Part shown: one piece after another, positions 1 to 14,631 of the stretch
Layout: every line of letters begins with the position of its first letter
Position numbering within the stretch: the stretch's first letter is position 1
Source: Lytechinus pictus
Taxonomy: Eukaryota
Length of the DNA: 64,000 nt
Reading direction: 5' to 3'
NCBI RefSeq assembly: GCF_037042905.1
Contig: NC_087246.1
Location: 2,234,001 to 2,298,000 of the forward strand
The notes under the pieces: generated by a model
Seen by the model: the letters and a program-made list of their open reading frames with translations, nothing else
What the model was told of the DNA's origin: nothing
The model's database searches: none
Translations under genes and position numbers: made by a program

Positions 1-3000
1 GCAAACTTTAACGGGTGTTAATTTCGTTATTAATGGTCGTAGAAGGTTGATCAAGGTATCAAATTGCTCAGAATTATATTATCAATGCAATGATATAAAA
101 AACGGCGTTTCTGCGTTGCGTTGAAGGCGTTACGCGCGGAAACGCGCGCGCATACCTGTGCGTGCGCAAATTTTTGAAATGCTTAAAATGACCTGAAACG
201 TACTTTACTTTGGTCAAAAAGTGATTTTGAGCATTTTAAAAATTTGACGAGCGCGTACGCGCGCGTCGTGACCTCCAGGTGACCTTTGATGACATGACCT
301 GTTGACCCTTGACCTGAAGTTGATGTGATGTTAATTTGATTGATTTTTGATAATTGATAATGGAGATATGATCGGCAATGTGATTTTACAAAATGGCGCC
401 TGGATGACGTCATCATGACCTGATGACCTTGAAAAAGTAGATTTTTCTTGAAATCATAGGGCTTGATGACTGACAGAAATTTGAAGGAAATTGACCATGT
501 CGATTTCGAGTGAACGTGTGTACAAAAAAGTGTACGGAAGAAATAAAAATTCTGGCGAAATTAATAGGTGATCTGTCGTTGACAGACCACCTAATAAAGA
601 AGAAAGAATTGAGCTAGAGTATTTCCCATAGACTTTACACGTAAGGAAAATACGAGAATATCCAATCCAATTTTGCAAGTGAAATACGGGCATGATCCCG
701 GCATCTGATCGAAAAGGTAGGTTGACATTTTCGAAAGCTTAGAATCTCAGCTACAATATACTAAAAGCTCAGGAAAAACTGACAAGAAGAAATGGAGATA
801 TGGCTCACGAAATAGAGGAATGTCGAATCTAGTTTTGAGAAAAAACCATGTCCCATAGAGATTGCACGCAAAATGAGGAAAAATGACATGTCTTTATTAT
901 TTGCAATTTTTTAGGATGATCCGTTTATTAAAATGAAAATTAAAGGCAATAATTCAGAAAGAGTAAGACTTAGGCTACAACATATCGAAAAATAAGAGAA
1001 AAATGATCAATATTCACGGAGTTATGATCAAATTTGCATATATTTGATGACGTCATTTTTGAAAAAATGAAATTTTCAGTTTAGGCGCAATTTTGATGAC
1101 GTCATGATCAAATTGAGGGATAATGGTGACATGAAATCAAATCTACAACTCATACTCTATCGATATATGAAAAAAAATTGGGGGTCAATGGACTATTTAA
1201 AGAGCTACAGTGAATTTTTAATAGGCATGTTTTTGCCCATATATGGCCTATAGTAAGAGCTCTCGCGCACACGTGCTGCAAACTTTAACGGGTGTTAATT
1301 TCGTTATTAATGGTCGTAGAAGGTTGATCAAGGTATCAAATTGCTCAGAATTATATTATCAATGCAATGATATAAAAAACGGCGTTTCTGCGTTGCGTTG
1401 AAGGCGTTACGCGCGGAAACGCGCGCGCATACCTGTGCGTGCGCAAATTTTTGAAATGCTTAAAATGACCTGAAACGTACTTTACTTTGGTCAAAAAGTG
1501 ATTTTGAGCATTTTAAAAATTTGACGAGCGCGTACGCGCGCGTCGTGACCTCCAGGTGACCTTTGATGACATGACCTGTTGACCCTTGACCTGAAGTTGA
1601 TGTGATGTTAATTTGATTGATTTTTGATAATTGATAATGGAGATATGATCGGCAATGTGATTTTACAAAATGGCGCCTGGATGACGTCATCATGACCTGA
1701 TGACCTTGAAAAAGTAGATTTTTCTTGAAATCATAGGGCTTGATGACTGACAGAAATTTGAAGGAAATTGACCATGTCGATTTCGAGTGAACGTGTGTAC
1801 AAAAAAGTGTACGGAAGAAATAAAAATTCTGGCGAAATTAATAGGTGATCTGTCGTTGACAGACCACCTAATAAAGAAGAAAGAATTGAGCTAGAGTATT
1901 TCCCATAGACTTTACACGTAAGGAAAATACGAGAATATCCAATCCAATTTTGCAAGTGAAATACGGGCATGATCCCGGCATCTGATCGAAAAGGTAGGTT
2001 GACATTTTCGAAAGCTTAGAATCTCAGCTACAATATACTAAAAGCTCAGGAAAAACTGACAAGAAGAAATGGAGATATGGCTCACGAAATAGAGGAATGT
2101 CGAATCTAGTTTTGAGAAAAAACCATGTCCCATAGAGATTGCACGCAAAATGAGGAAAAATGACATGTCTTTATTATTTGCAATTTTTTAGGATGATCCG
2201 TTTATTAAAATGAAAATTAAAGGCAATAATTCAGAAAGAGTAAGACTTAGGCTACAACATATCGAAAAATAAGAGAAAAATGATCAATATTCACGGAGTT
2301 ATGATCAAATTTGCATATATTTGATGACGTCATTTTTGAAAAAATGAAATTTTCAGTTTAGGCGCAATTTTGATGACGTCATGATCAAATTGAGGGATAA
2401 TGGTGACATGAAATCAAATCTACAACTCATACTCTATCGATATATGAAAAAAAATTGGGGGTCAATGGACTATTTAAAGAGCTACAGTGAATTTTTAATA
2501 GGCATGTTTTTGCCCATATATGGCCTATAGTAAGAGCTCCCGCGCACACGTGCTGCAAACTTTAACGGGTGTTAATTTCGTTATTAATGGTCGTAGAAGG
2601 TTGATCAAGGTATCAAATTGCTCAGAATTATATTATCAATGCAATGATATAAAAAACGGCGTTTCTGCGTTGCGTTGAAGGCGTTACGCGCGGAAACGCG
2701 CGCGCATACCTGTGCGTGCGCAAATTTTTGAAATGCTTAAAATGACCTGAAACGTACTTTACTTTGGTCAAAAAGTGATTTTGAGCATTTTAAAAATTTG
2801 ACGAGCGCGTACGCGCGCGTCGTGACCTCCAGGTGACCTTTGATGACATGACCTGTTGACCCTTGACCTGAAGTTGATGTGATGTTAATTTGATTGATTT
2901 TTGATAATTGATAATGGAGATATGATCGGCAATGTGATTTTACAAAATGGCGCCTGGATGACGTCATCATGACCTGATGACCTTGAAAAAGTAGATTTTT

Positions 3001-6000
3001 CTTGAAATCATAGGGCTTGATGACTGACAGAAATTTGAAGGAAATTGACCATGTCGATTTCGAGTGAACGTGTGTACAAAAAAGTGTACGGAAGAAATAA
3101 AAATTCTGGCGAAATTAATAGGTGATCTGTCGTTGACAGACCACCTAATAAAGAAGAAAGAATTGAGCTAGAGTATTTCCCATAGACTTTACACGTAAGG
3201 AAAATACGAGAATATCCAATCCAATTTTGCAAGTGAAATACGGGCATGATCCCGGCATCTGATCGAAAAGGTAGGTTGACATTTTCGAAAGCTTAGAATC
3301 TCAGCTACAATATACTAAAAGCTCAGGAAAAACTGACAAGAAGAAATGGAGATATGGCTCACGAAATAGAGGAATGTCGAATCTAGTTTTGAGAAAAAAC
3401 CATGTCCCATAGAGATTGCACGCAAAATGAGGAAAAATGACATGTCTTTATTATTTGCAATTTTTTAGGATGATCCGTTTATTAAAATGAAAATTAAAGG
3501 CAATAATTCAGAAAGAGTAAGACTTAGGCTACAACATATCGAAAAATAAGAGAAAAATGATCAATATTCACGGAGTTATGATCAAATTTGCATATATTTG
3601 ATGACGTCATTTTTGAAAAAATGAAATTTTCAGTTTAGGCGCAATTTTGATGACGTCATGATCAAATTGAGGGATAATGGTGACATGAAATCAAATCTAC
3701 AACTCATACTCTATCGATATATGAAAAAAAATTGGGGGTCAATGGACTATTTAAAGAGCTACAGTGAATTTTTAATAGGCATGTTTTTGCCCATATATGG
3801 CCTATAGTAAGAGCTCTCGCGCACACGTGCTGCAAACTTTAACGGGTGTTAATTTCGTTATTAATGGTCGTAGAAGGTTGATCAAGGTATCAAATTGCTC
3901 AGAATTATATTATCAATGCAATGATATAAAAAACGGCGTTTCTGCGTTGCGTTGAAGGCGTTACGCGCGGAAACGCGCGCGCATACCTGTGCGTGCGCAA
4001 ATTTTTGAAATGCTTAAAATGACCTGAAACGTACTTTACTTTGGTCAAAAAGTGATTTTGAGCATTTTAAAAATTTGACGAGCGCGTACGCGCGCGTCGT
4101 GACCTCCAGGTGACCTTTGATGACATGACCTGTTGACCCTTGACCTGAAGTTGATGTGATGTTAATTTGATTGATTTTTGATAATTGATAATGGAGATAT
4201 GATCGGCAATGTGATTTTACAAAATGGCGCCTGGATGACGTCATCATGACCTGATGACCTTGAAAAAGTAGATTTTTCTTGAAATCATAGGGCTTGATGA
4301 CTGACAGAAATTTGAAGGAAATTGACCATGTCGATTTCGAGTGAACGTGTGTACAAAAAAGTGTACGGAAGAAATAAAAATTCTGGCGAAATTAATAGGT
4401 GATCTGTCGTTGACAGACCACCTAATAAAGAAGAAAGAATTGAGCTAGAGTATTTCCCATAGACTTTACACGTAAGGAAAATACGAGAATATCCAATCCA
4501 ATTTTGCAAGTGAAATACGGGCATGATCCCGGCATCTGATCGAAAAGGTAGGTTGACATTTTCGAAAGCTTAGAATCTCAGCTACAATATACTAAAAGCT
4601 CAGGAAAAACTGACAAGAAGAAATGGAGATATGGCTCACGAAATAGAGGAATGTCGAATCTAGTTTTGAGAAAAAACCATGTCCCATAGAGATTGCACGC
4701 AAAATGAGGAAAAATGACATGTCTTTATTATTTGCAATTTTTTAGGATGATCCGTTTATTAAAATGAAAATTAAAGGCAATAATTCAGAAAGAGTAAGAC
4801 TTAGGCTACAACATATCGAAAAATAAGAGAAAAATGATCAATATTCACGGAGTTATGATCAAATTTGCATATATTTGATGACGTCATTTTTGAAAAAATG
4901 AAATTTTCAGTTTAGGCGCAATTTTGATGACGTCATGATCAAATTGAGGGATAATGGTGACATGAAATCAAATCTACAACTCATACTCTATCGATATATG
5001 AAAAAAAATTGGGGGTCAATGGACTATTTAAAGAGCTACAGTGAATTTTTAATAGGCATGTTTTTGCCCATATATGGCCTATAGTAAGAGCTCTCGCGCA
5101 CACGTGCTGCAAACTTTAACGGGTGTTAATTTCGTTATTAATGGTCGTAGAAGGTTGATCAAGGTATCAAATTGCTCAGAATTATATTATCAATGCAATG
5201 ATATAAAAAACGGCGTTTCTGCGTTGCGTTGAAGGCGTTACGCGCGGAAACGCGCGCGCATACCTGTGCGTGCGCAAATTTTTGAAATGCTTAAAATGAC
5301 CTGAAACGTACTTTACTTTGGTCAAAAAGTGATTTTGAGCATTTTAAAAATTTGACGAGCGCGTACGCGCGCGTCGTGACCTCCAGGTGACCTTTGATGA
5401 CATGACCTGTTGACCCTTGACCTGAAGTTGATGTGATGTTAATTTGATTGATTTTTGATAATTGATAATGGAGATATGATCGGCAATGTGATTTTACAAA
5501 ATGGCGCCTGGATGACGTCATCATGACCTGATGACCTTGAAAAAGTAGATTTTTCTTGAAATCATAGGGCTTGATGACTGACAGAAATTTGAAGGAAATT
5601 GACCATGTCGATTTCGAGTGAACGTGTGTACAAAAAAGTGTACGGAAGAAATAAAAATTCTGGCGAAATTAATAGGTGATCTGTCGTTGACAGACCACCT
5701 AATAAAGAAGAAAGAATTGAGCTAGAGTATTTCCCATAGACTTTACACGTAAGGAAAATACGAGAATATCCAATCCAATTTTGCAAGTGAAATACGGGCA
5801 TGATCCCGGCATCTGATCGAAAAGGTAGGTTGACATTTTCGAAAGCTTAGAATCTCAGCTACAATATACTAAAAGCTCAGGAAAAACTGACAAGAAGAAA
5901 TGGAGATATGGCTCACGAAATAGAGGAATGTCGAATCTAGTTTTGAGAAAAAACCATGTCCCATAGAGATTGCACGCAAAATGAGGAAAAATGACATGTC

Positions 6001-6385
6001 TTTATTATTTGCAATTTTTTAGGATGATCCGTTTATTAAAATGAAAATTAAAGGCAATAATTCAGAAAGAGTAAGACTTAGGCTACAACATATCGAAAAA
6101 TAAGAGAAAAATGATCAATATTCACGGAGTTATGATCAAATTTGCATATATTTGATGACGTCATTTTTGAAAAAATGAAATTTTCAGTTTAGGCGCAATT
6201 TTGATGACGTCATGATCAAATTGAGGGACAATGGTGACATGAAATTAAATCTACAACTCATACTCTATCGATATATGAAAAAAAAATTGGGGTCAACGGA
6301 CTCTTTAAAGAGCTACAGTGAATTTTCAATAGACATGTTTTTGCCCATATATGGCCTGTAGTGAGAGCTCGCGCGCACACGTGCT
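1..6385. repeat. Homogeneous 1277-bp tandem repeat (macrosatellite), ~5 copies, running off the left edge
   Basis: Unit start GCAAACTTTAACGGG recurs at 1, 1278, 2555, 3832, 5109; identical ORF pairs recur at a 1277 offset; only one substitution noticed among the first four units (T>C at 2540); unit 5 grades into variant sequence from ~6228. Confidence 0.97.
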
Positions 6386-8266
6386 GCAAAGTATAACGGG
6401 TGATAATTTCGTTATTACTTGTCGTAGAAGGTTGATCAAGGTATCAAATTGTTCAGAATTATATTATCGGTGCATTGATATAAAAAAAATTGGCGATTCT
6501 ATGTTGGAAGATGCAATTACGCGCGAAAACGAGCGCGCATGTGCGTGCGCGTTTTTTTAGCAAAATGCTTAAAATGGCCTAAAACGTATGGAAAATTAAT
6601 TTGGAACGAATTTGAGCATTTTAAAATTTTAATGCGCGCGTACGTGCGCGTCGAGGTGCGCGCGCGGAATTTGATGAATTTTTTAGTTGACCGTTGACCT
6701 GAAGTTGATGTATACCAAATATAGTTGATTTTTGATGACTCGTTATCGAGATATGATAATGACCTGATTTTTACAAAATGGCGCCTGGATAAAGTCACGA
6801 TGACCTAATGACTTTGAAAAAATGAGGGCACACTTCCGAAAGCTTAGAATCTCAGCTACATCTTATTAAAAGCTCAAGGATAACAAACAAGAAAAATTGG
6901 AGATATAGCTCACGAAGTAGAGGAATGTAGAATCTAGTTTTGAGAAAAAGTCATGTCCCATAGAGATTACACGTAAAATGAGGAAAAATGACATGCCTCT
7001 TTTCATCGCAATTTTACACCATGATGCGTTTTTCAAAATGAAAATTTATGTACACTGACGAGAAAGAGTACATTCTAAACTACAACATATCGAAATCTGG
7101 GCGAAAAATGATCAATATTCACGGAGTTATGATCAAATTTGCATAAATTTGATGACGTCATTTTTGAAAAAATGAAATTTTCAGTTTAGGCGCAATTTTG
7201 ATGACGTCATGATCAAATTGAGGGACAATGGTGACATGAAATCAAATCTACAACTTATACTCTATCGATATATGAAAAAAAAATTGGGGTCAACGGACTC
7301 TTTAAAGAGCTACAGTGAATTTTCAATAGACATGTTTTTGCCCATATATGGCCTGTAGTGAGAGCTCGCGCGCACACGTGCTGCAAAGTTTAACGGGTGA
7401 TAATTTCGTTATTACTTGTCGTAGAAGGTTGATCAAGGTATCAAATTGTTAAGAATTATATTATAAATGCAATGATATAAAAAAAACTGCGTTTCTGCGT
7501 TGCGTTGAAGGCGTTACGCGCGGAAACGCGCGCGCATACGTGTGCGCGCGCAAATTTTTGAAATGCTTGAAATGACCTGAAACGTACTTTACTTTGGTCA
7601 AAAAGTGATTTTGAGCATTTAAAATATTTGACGAGCGCGTACGCGCGCGTCGTGACCTCCAGGTGACCTTTGATGACATGACTTGTTGACCTTCGACCTG
7701 AAGTTGATGTGATGTTAATTTGATTGATTTTTGATAATTGATAATGGAGATATGATCGACAATGTGATTTTACAAAATGGCGCCTGGATGACGTCACGAT
7801 GACCTCATGACCTTGAAAAAGTTGATTTTACTAGAAATCATAGGGCTTGATGACTGACAGAAATTTGACGGAAATTGACCATGTCGATTTCGAATGAACG
7901 TGTGTACAAAAAAGTGTACGGAAGAAATAAAAATAAACTAGATTTTAATTCGTCATGCGGACGAATTAGGTGGTCTGTCCTTATTCTCGCCATCATGATC
8001 ACTATTACCATGTTCAAGCAGATCAATATGATCTTCATGATGACAACGGAATGTTCATTATGGATGGAATACTTGTGAAAGACGGGAGATGATAAAGCAC
8101 TGTGAAAAGGGTCTCTTTGATATATGAAAATACATGTGATATGAAAAAAGTAATTATAATCTGTTTAATCTTGCTAAATTTTAACTTTCATACCTTTAAA
8201 TTATCATAAAGGATCATGTACGAGGTGGTAAAAAGAAAAAAAAAAGAAAAAAAAAATCATCTTGTT

Positions 8267-8330
8267 CACCCCCAGGACTCGAACCTGCGCCCCCGAGAAC
8301 TCAAGTCAAGTGCGTTATCCATTGAGCCAC
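8267..8330 (-). ncRNA. tRNA-derived (tRNA-Arg-like) Pol III cassette inside the array element; first of 7 copies (also ~9870, 11507, 13120, 14654, 16274, 18347)
   Basis: Minus strand GTGGCTCAATGGATAACGCACTTGACTTGAGTTCTCGGGGGCGCAGGTTCGAGTCCTGG: A box TGGCTCAATGG, B box GGTTCGAGTCC, a long T run ~15 nt downstream; acceptor and anticodon stems do not pair, so not a functional tRNA. Confidence 0.7.
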
Positions 8331-11300
8331 ATATTCCCCATAGAGATTACACGTAAGCAAATTTGAGAATTACAAATCCAATTTTGCAAGCGAAAAACGG
8401 GCATGATCCTGGCATCTGATCTAAAAATGGAGGGCACACTTCCGAAAGCTTAGAATCTCAGCTACATCATATCAAAATCTCAGGGATAACTAACAAGAAA
8501 AAATGGAGATATAGCTCACGAAATAGAGGAATGTAGAATCTAGTTTTGAGAAAAAGTCATGTCCCATAGAGATTACACGTAAAATGAGGAAAAATGACAT
8601 GCCTCTTTTCATCGCAATTTTACACCATGATGCGTTTTTCAAAATGAAAATTCATGCTAACTGACGAGAAAGAGTACATTCTAAACTACACCATATCGAA
8701 ATCTGGGCGAAAAATGATCAATATTCACGGAGTTATGATCAAATTTGCATAAATTTTATGACGTCATTTTTGAAAAAATGAAATTTTCAGTTTAGGCGCA
8801 ATTTTGATGACGACATGATCAAATTGAGGGACAATGGTGACATGAAATCAAATCTACAACTTATACTCTATCGATATATGAAAAAAAAATTGGGGTCAAC
8901 GGACATTTTAAAGAGCTACAGTGAATTTTCAATAGACATGTTTTTGCCCATATATGGCCTGTAGTGAGAGCTCGCGCGCACACGTGCTGCAAAGTTTAAC
9001 GGGTGATAATTTCGTTATTACTTGTCGTAGAAGGTTGATCAAGGTATCAAAATGCTTGAAAAAATGTGCCAAATATGATGACAGAAAAAATTTGGCGATT
9101 CTATGTTGGAAGATGCAATTACGCGCGAAAACGCGCGCGCATGTGCGTGCGCGCGTTTTTTTGCAAAATGCTTAAAATGGCCTGAAACGTATGGAAAATT
9201 AATTTGGAACGAATTTGAGCATTTTAAAATTTTAATGCGCGCGTACGTGCGCGTCGAGGTGCGCGCGCAGAATTTGATGAAATTTTTAGTTGACTGTTGA
9301 CCTGAAATTGATGTATACCAAATATAGTTGATTTTTGATGACTCGTTATCGAGATATGATAATGACCTGATTTTTACAAAATGGCGCCTGGATGACGTCA
9401 CGATGACCTAATGACCTTGAAAAAGTTGATTTAACTTGAAATCATAGGGCTTGATGATTGACAGAAATTTGAAGGAAATTGACCATGTCGATTTCGAATG
9501 AACGTGTGTACAAAAAAGTGTACGGAAGAAATAAAAATAAACTAGATTTTAATTCGTCATGCGGACGAATTAGGTGGTCTGTCCTTATTCTCGCCATCAT
9601 GATCACTATTACCATGTTCAAGCAGATCAATATGATCTTCATGATGACAACGGAATGTTCATTATGGATGGAATACTTGTGAAAGTCGGGAGATGATAAA
9701 GAACTGTGAAATTGGTCTCTTTGATATATGAAAATACATGTGATATGAAAATAGTAATTATAATCTGTTTAATCTTGCTAAATTTTAACTTTCATACCTT
9801 TTAAATACCAAAAAAGATCATGTACGAGGTGGTAAAAAGAAAAAAAAAGAAAAAAAAAATCATCTTGTTCACCCCCAGGACTCGAACCTGCGCCCCCGAG
9901 AACTCAAGTCAAGTGCGTTATCCATTGAGCCACGATATTCCCCATAGAGATTACACGTTCCCATAGAGATTACACGTAAGCAAATTTGAGAATTACAAAT
10001 CCAATTTTGCAAGCGAAAAACGGGCATGATCCTGGCATCTGATCGAAAAATGGAGGGCACACTTCCGAAAGCTTAGAATCTCAGCTACATCATACCAAAA
10101 GCTCAGGGATAACTAACAAGAAAAAATGGAGATATAGCTCACGAAATAGAGGAATGTAGAATCTAGTTTTGAGAAAAAGTCATGTCCCATAGAGATTACA
10201 CGTAAAATGAGGAAAAATGACATGCCTCTTTTCATCGCAATTTTACACCATGATGCGTTTTTCAAAATGAAAATTCATGTTTACTGACGAGAAAGAGTAC
10301 ATTCTAAACTACAACATATCGAAATCTGGGCGAAAAATGATCAATATTCACGGAGTTATGATCAAATTTGCATAAATTTGATGACGTCATTTTTGAAAAA
10401 ATGAAATTTTCAGTTTAGGCGCAATTTTGATGACGTCATGATCAAATTGAGGGACAATGGTGACATGAAATCAAATCTACAACTCATACTCTATCGATAT
10501 ATGAAAAAAAAAATTGGGGTCAATGGACTATTTAAAGAGCTACAGTGAATTTTCAATAGACATGTTTTTGCCCATATATGGCCTGTAGTGAGAGCTCGCG
10601 CGCACACGTGCTGCAAAGTTTATCGGGTGATAATTTCGTTATTACTTGTCGTAGAAGGTTGATCAAGGTATCAAATTGTTCAGAATTATATTATCGATGC
10701 ATTGATATAAAAAAATTTGGCGATTCTATGTTGGAAGATGCAATTACGCGCGAAAACGCGCGCGCATGTGCGTGCGCGCGTTTTTTTGCAAAATGCTTAA
10801 AATGGCCTGAAACGTATGGAAAATTAATTTGGAACGAATTTGAGCATTTTAAAATTTTAATGCGCGCGTACGTGCGCGTCGAGGTGCGCGCGCGGAATTT
10901 GATGAAATTTTTAGTTGACCGTTGACCTGAAATTGATGTATACCAAATATAGTTGATTTTTGATGACTCGTTATTGAGATATGATAATGACCTGATTTTT
11001 ACAAAATGGCGCCTGGATGACGTCACGATGACCTAATGACCTTGAAAAAGTTGATTTTACTAGAAATCATACGGCTTGATGACTGACAGAAATTTGAAGG
11101 AAATTGATCATGTCAATTTCGAATGAACGTGTGTACAAAAAAGTGTACGGAAGAAATAAAAATAAATAAAGAATAAAAATAAACTAGATTTTAATTCGTC
11201 ATGCGGACGAATTAGGTGGTCTGTCCTTATTCTCGCCATCATGATCACTATTACCATGTTCAAGCAGATCAATATGATCTTCATGATGACAACGGAATGT

Positions 11301-14300
11301 TCATTATGGATGGAATACTTGTGAAAGTCGGGAGATGATAAAACACAGTGAAAAGTGTCTCTTTGATATATGAAAATACATGTGATATGAAAAAAGTAAT
11401 TATAATCTGTTTAATCTTGCTAAATTTTAACTTTCATACCTTTTAATTATCATAAAGGATCATGTACGAGGTGGTAAAAAGAAAGAAAAAAAAAAATCAT
11501 CTTGTTCACCCCCAGGACTCGAACCTGCGCCCCCGAGAACTCAAGTCAAGTGCGTTATCCGTTGAGCCACGATATTCCCCATAGAGATTACACGTTCCCA
11601 TAGAGATTACACGGAAGCAAATTTGAGAATTACAAATGCAATTTTGCAAGCGAAAAACGGGCATGATCCTGGCATCTGATCGAAAAAAGGTCCACACTTT
11701 CGAAAGGTTAGAATCTCAGCTACATCATACCAAAAGCTCAGGGATAAATAACAAGAAAAAATGGAGATATAGCTCACGAAATAGAGGAATGTAGAATCTA
11801 GTTTTGAGAAAAAGTCATGTCCCATAGAGATTACACGTAAAATGACATGCCTCTTTTCAACGCAATTTTACACCATGATGCGTTTTTCAAAATGAAAATT
11901 CATGCTAACTGACGAGAAAGAGTACATTCTAAACTACAACATATCGAAATCTGGGCGAAAAATTAACAATATTCACGGAGTTATGATCAAATTTGCATAA
12001 ATTTGATGACGTCATTTTTGAAAAAATAAAATTTTCAGTTTAGGCGCAATTTTGATGACGTCATGATCAAATTGAGGGACAATGGTGACATGAAATCAAA
12101 TCTACAACTCATACTCTATCGATATATGAAAAAAAAAATTGGGGTCAATGGACTATTTAAAGAGCTACAGTGAATTTTCAATAGACATGTTTTTGCCCAT
12201 ATATGGCCTGTAGTGAGAGCTCGCGCGCACACGTGCTGCAAAGTTTATCGGGTGATAATTTCGTTATTACTTGTCGCAGAAGGTTGATCAAGGTATCAAA
12301 TTGTTCAGAATTATATTATCGGTGCATTGATATAAAAAAATTTGGCGATTCTATGTTGGAAGATGCAATTACGCGCGAAAACGCGCGCGCATGTGCGTGC
12401 GCGCGTTTTTTTGCAAAATGCTTAAAATGGCCTAAAACGTATGGAAAATTAATTTGGAACGAATTTGAGCATTTTAAAATTTTAATGCGCGCGTACGTGC
12501 GCGTCGAGGTGCGCGCGCAAAATTTGATGGAATTTTTAGTTGACCGTTGACCTGAAGTTAATGTATACCAAATATAGTTGATTTTTGATCACTCGTTATC
12601 GAGATATGATAATGACCTGATTTTTACAAAATGGCGCCTGGATGACGTCACGATAACCTAATGACCTTGAAAAAGTTGATTTTACTAGAAATCACAGAGC
12701 TTAAGGACTGACAGAAATTTGAAGGAAATTGATCATGTCAATTTCGAATGAACGTGTGTACAAAAAAGTGTACGGAAGAAATAAAAATAAACTAGATTTT
12801 AATTCGTCATGCGGACGAATTAGGTGGTCTGTCCTTATTCTCGCCATCATGATCACTATTACCATGTTCAAGCAGATCTATATGATCGTCATGATGACAA
12901 CGGAATGTTCATTATGGATGGAATACTTGTGAAAGACGGGAGATGATAAAGCACTGTGAAAAGGGTCTCTTTGATATATGAAAATACATGTGATATGAAA
13001 AAAGTAATTATAATCTGTTTAATCTTGCTAAATTCTAACTTTCATACCTTTTAATTATCATAAAGGATCATGTACGAGGTGGTAAAAAGAAAAAAAAATG
13101 AAAAAAAAATCATCTTGTTCACCCCCAGGACTCGAACCTGCGCCCCCGAGAACTCAAGTCAAGTGCGTTATCCATTGAGCCACGATATTCCCCATAGAGA
13201 TTTACACGTTCCCATAGAGATTACACGTGAGCAAATTTGAGAATTACAAATCCAATTTTGCAAGCGAAAAACGGGCATGATCCTGGCATCTGATCGAAAA
13301 ATGGAGGGCACACTTCCGAAAGCTTAGAATATCAGCTACATCATACCAAAAGCTCAGGGATAACTAGCAAGAAAACATTGAGATATAGCTCACGATATAG
13401 AGGAATGTAGAATCTAGTTTTGAGAAAAAGTCATGTCCCATAGAGATTACACGTAAAATGAGGAAAAATGACATGCCTCTTTTCATCGCAATTTTACACC
13501 ATGATGCGTTTTTCAAAATGAAAATTCATGTTAACTGACGAGAAAGAGTACATTCTAAACTACATCATATCGAAATCTGGGCGAAAAATGATCAATATTC
13601 ACGGAGTTATGATCAAATTTGCATAAATTTGATGACGTCGTTTTTGAAAAAATGAAATTTTCAGTTTAGGCGCAATTTTGATGACGTCATGATCAAATTG
13701 TGGGACAATGGTGACATGAAATCAAATCTACAACTCATACTCTATCGATATATGAAAAAAAATTGAGGGTCAACGGACTATTTAAAAAACTACAGTGAAT
13801 TTTTAATAGGCATGTTTTTGCCCATATATGGCCTATAGTAAGAGCTCGCGCGCACACATGCTGCAAACTTTAACGGGTGTTAATTTCGTTATTAATGGTC
13901 GTAAAAGGTTGATCAAGGTATCAAATTGCTCAGAATTATATTATCAATGCAATGATATAAAAAAAACGGCGTTTCTGTGTTGCGTTGAAGGCGTTACGCG
14001 CGGAAACGCGCGCGCATACCTGTGCGTGCGCCAATTTTTGAAATGCTTAAAATGACCTGAAACGTACTTTACTTCGGTCAAAAAGTGATTTTGAGCATTT
14101 TAAAAATTTGACGAGCGCGTACGCGCGCGTCGTGACCTCCAGGTGACCTTTGATGACATGACCTGTTGACCCTTTACCTGAAGTTGATGTGATGTTAATT
14201 TGATTGATTTTTGATAATTGATAATGGAGATATGATCGACAATGTGATTTTACAAAATGGCGCCTGGATGACGTCATCATGTCCTGATGACCTTGAAAAA

Positions 14301-14444
14301 GTTGATTTTACTTGAAATCATAGGGCTTGATGACTGACAGAAATTTCAAGGAAATTGACCATGTCGATTTCGAGTGAACGTGTGTACAAAAAAGTGTACG
14401 GAAGAAATAAAAATAAATAAAGAATAAATAAAGAATAATAAATA

Positions 14445-14631
14445 AAGAAAGAAAATTCTAGCGAAATCAAGAGGTGATCTGTCGTTGACAGACCACCTAA
14501 TAAAGAATAATAAATAAAGAAAGAAAATTCTGGCGAAATCAATAGGTGATCTGTCGTTGACAGACCACCTAATAAAGAAAGAAAATTCTGGCGAAATCAA
14601 TAGGTGATCTGTCATAGACAGACCACCTAAT
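14445..14631 (-). repeat. Stack of 3 hairpin terminal modules
   Basis: Three copies of AAAATTCTRGCGAAATCAANAGGTGATCTGTC-nnn-GACAGACCACCTAAT separated by A-rich microsatellite. Confidence 0.95.

Noticed and set aside
8267..8337. Functional tRNA gene cluster
   Set aside because: Acceptor and anticodon stems cannot pair; only promoter boxes and T-arm are kept
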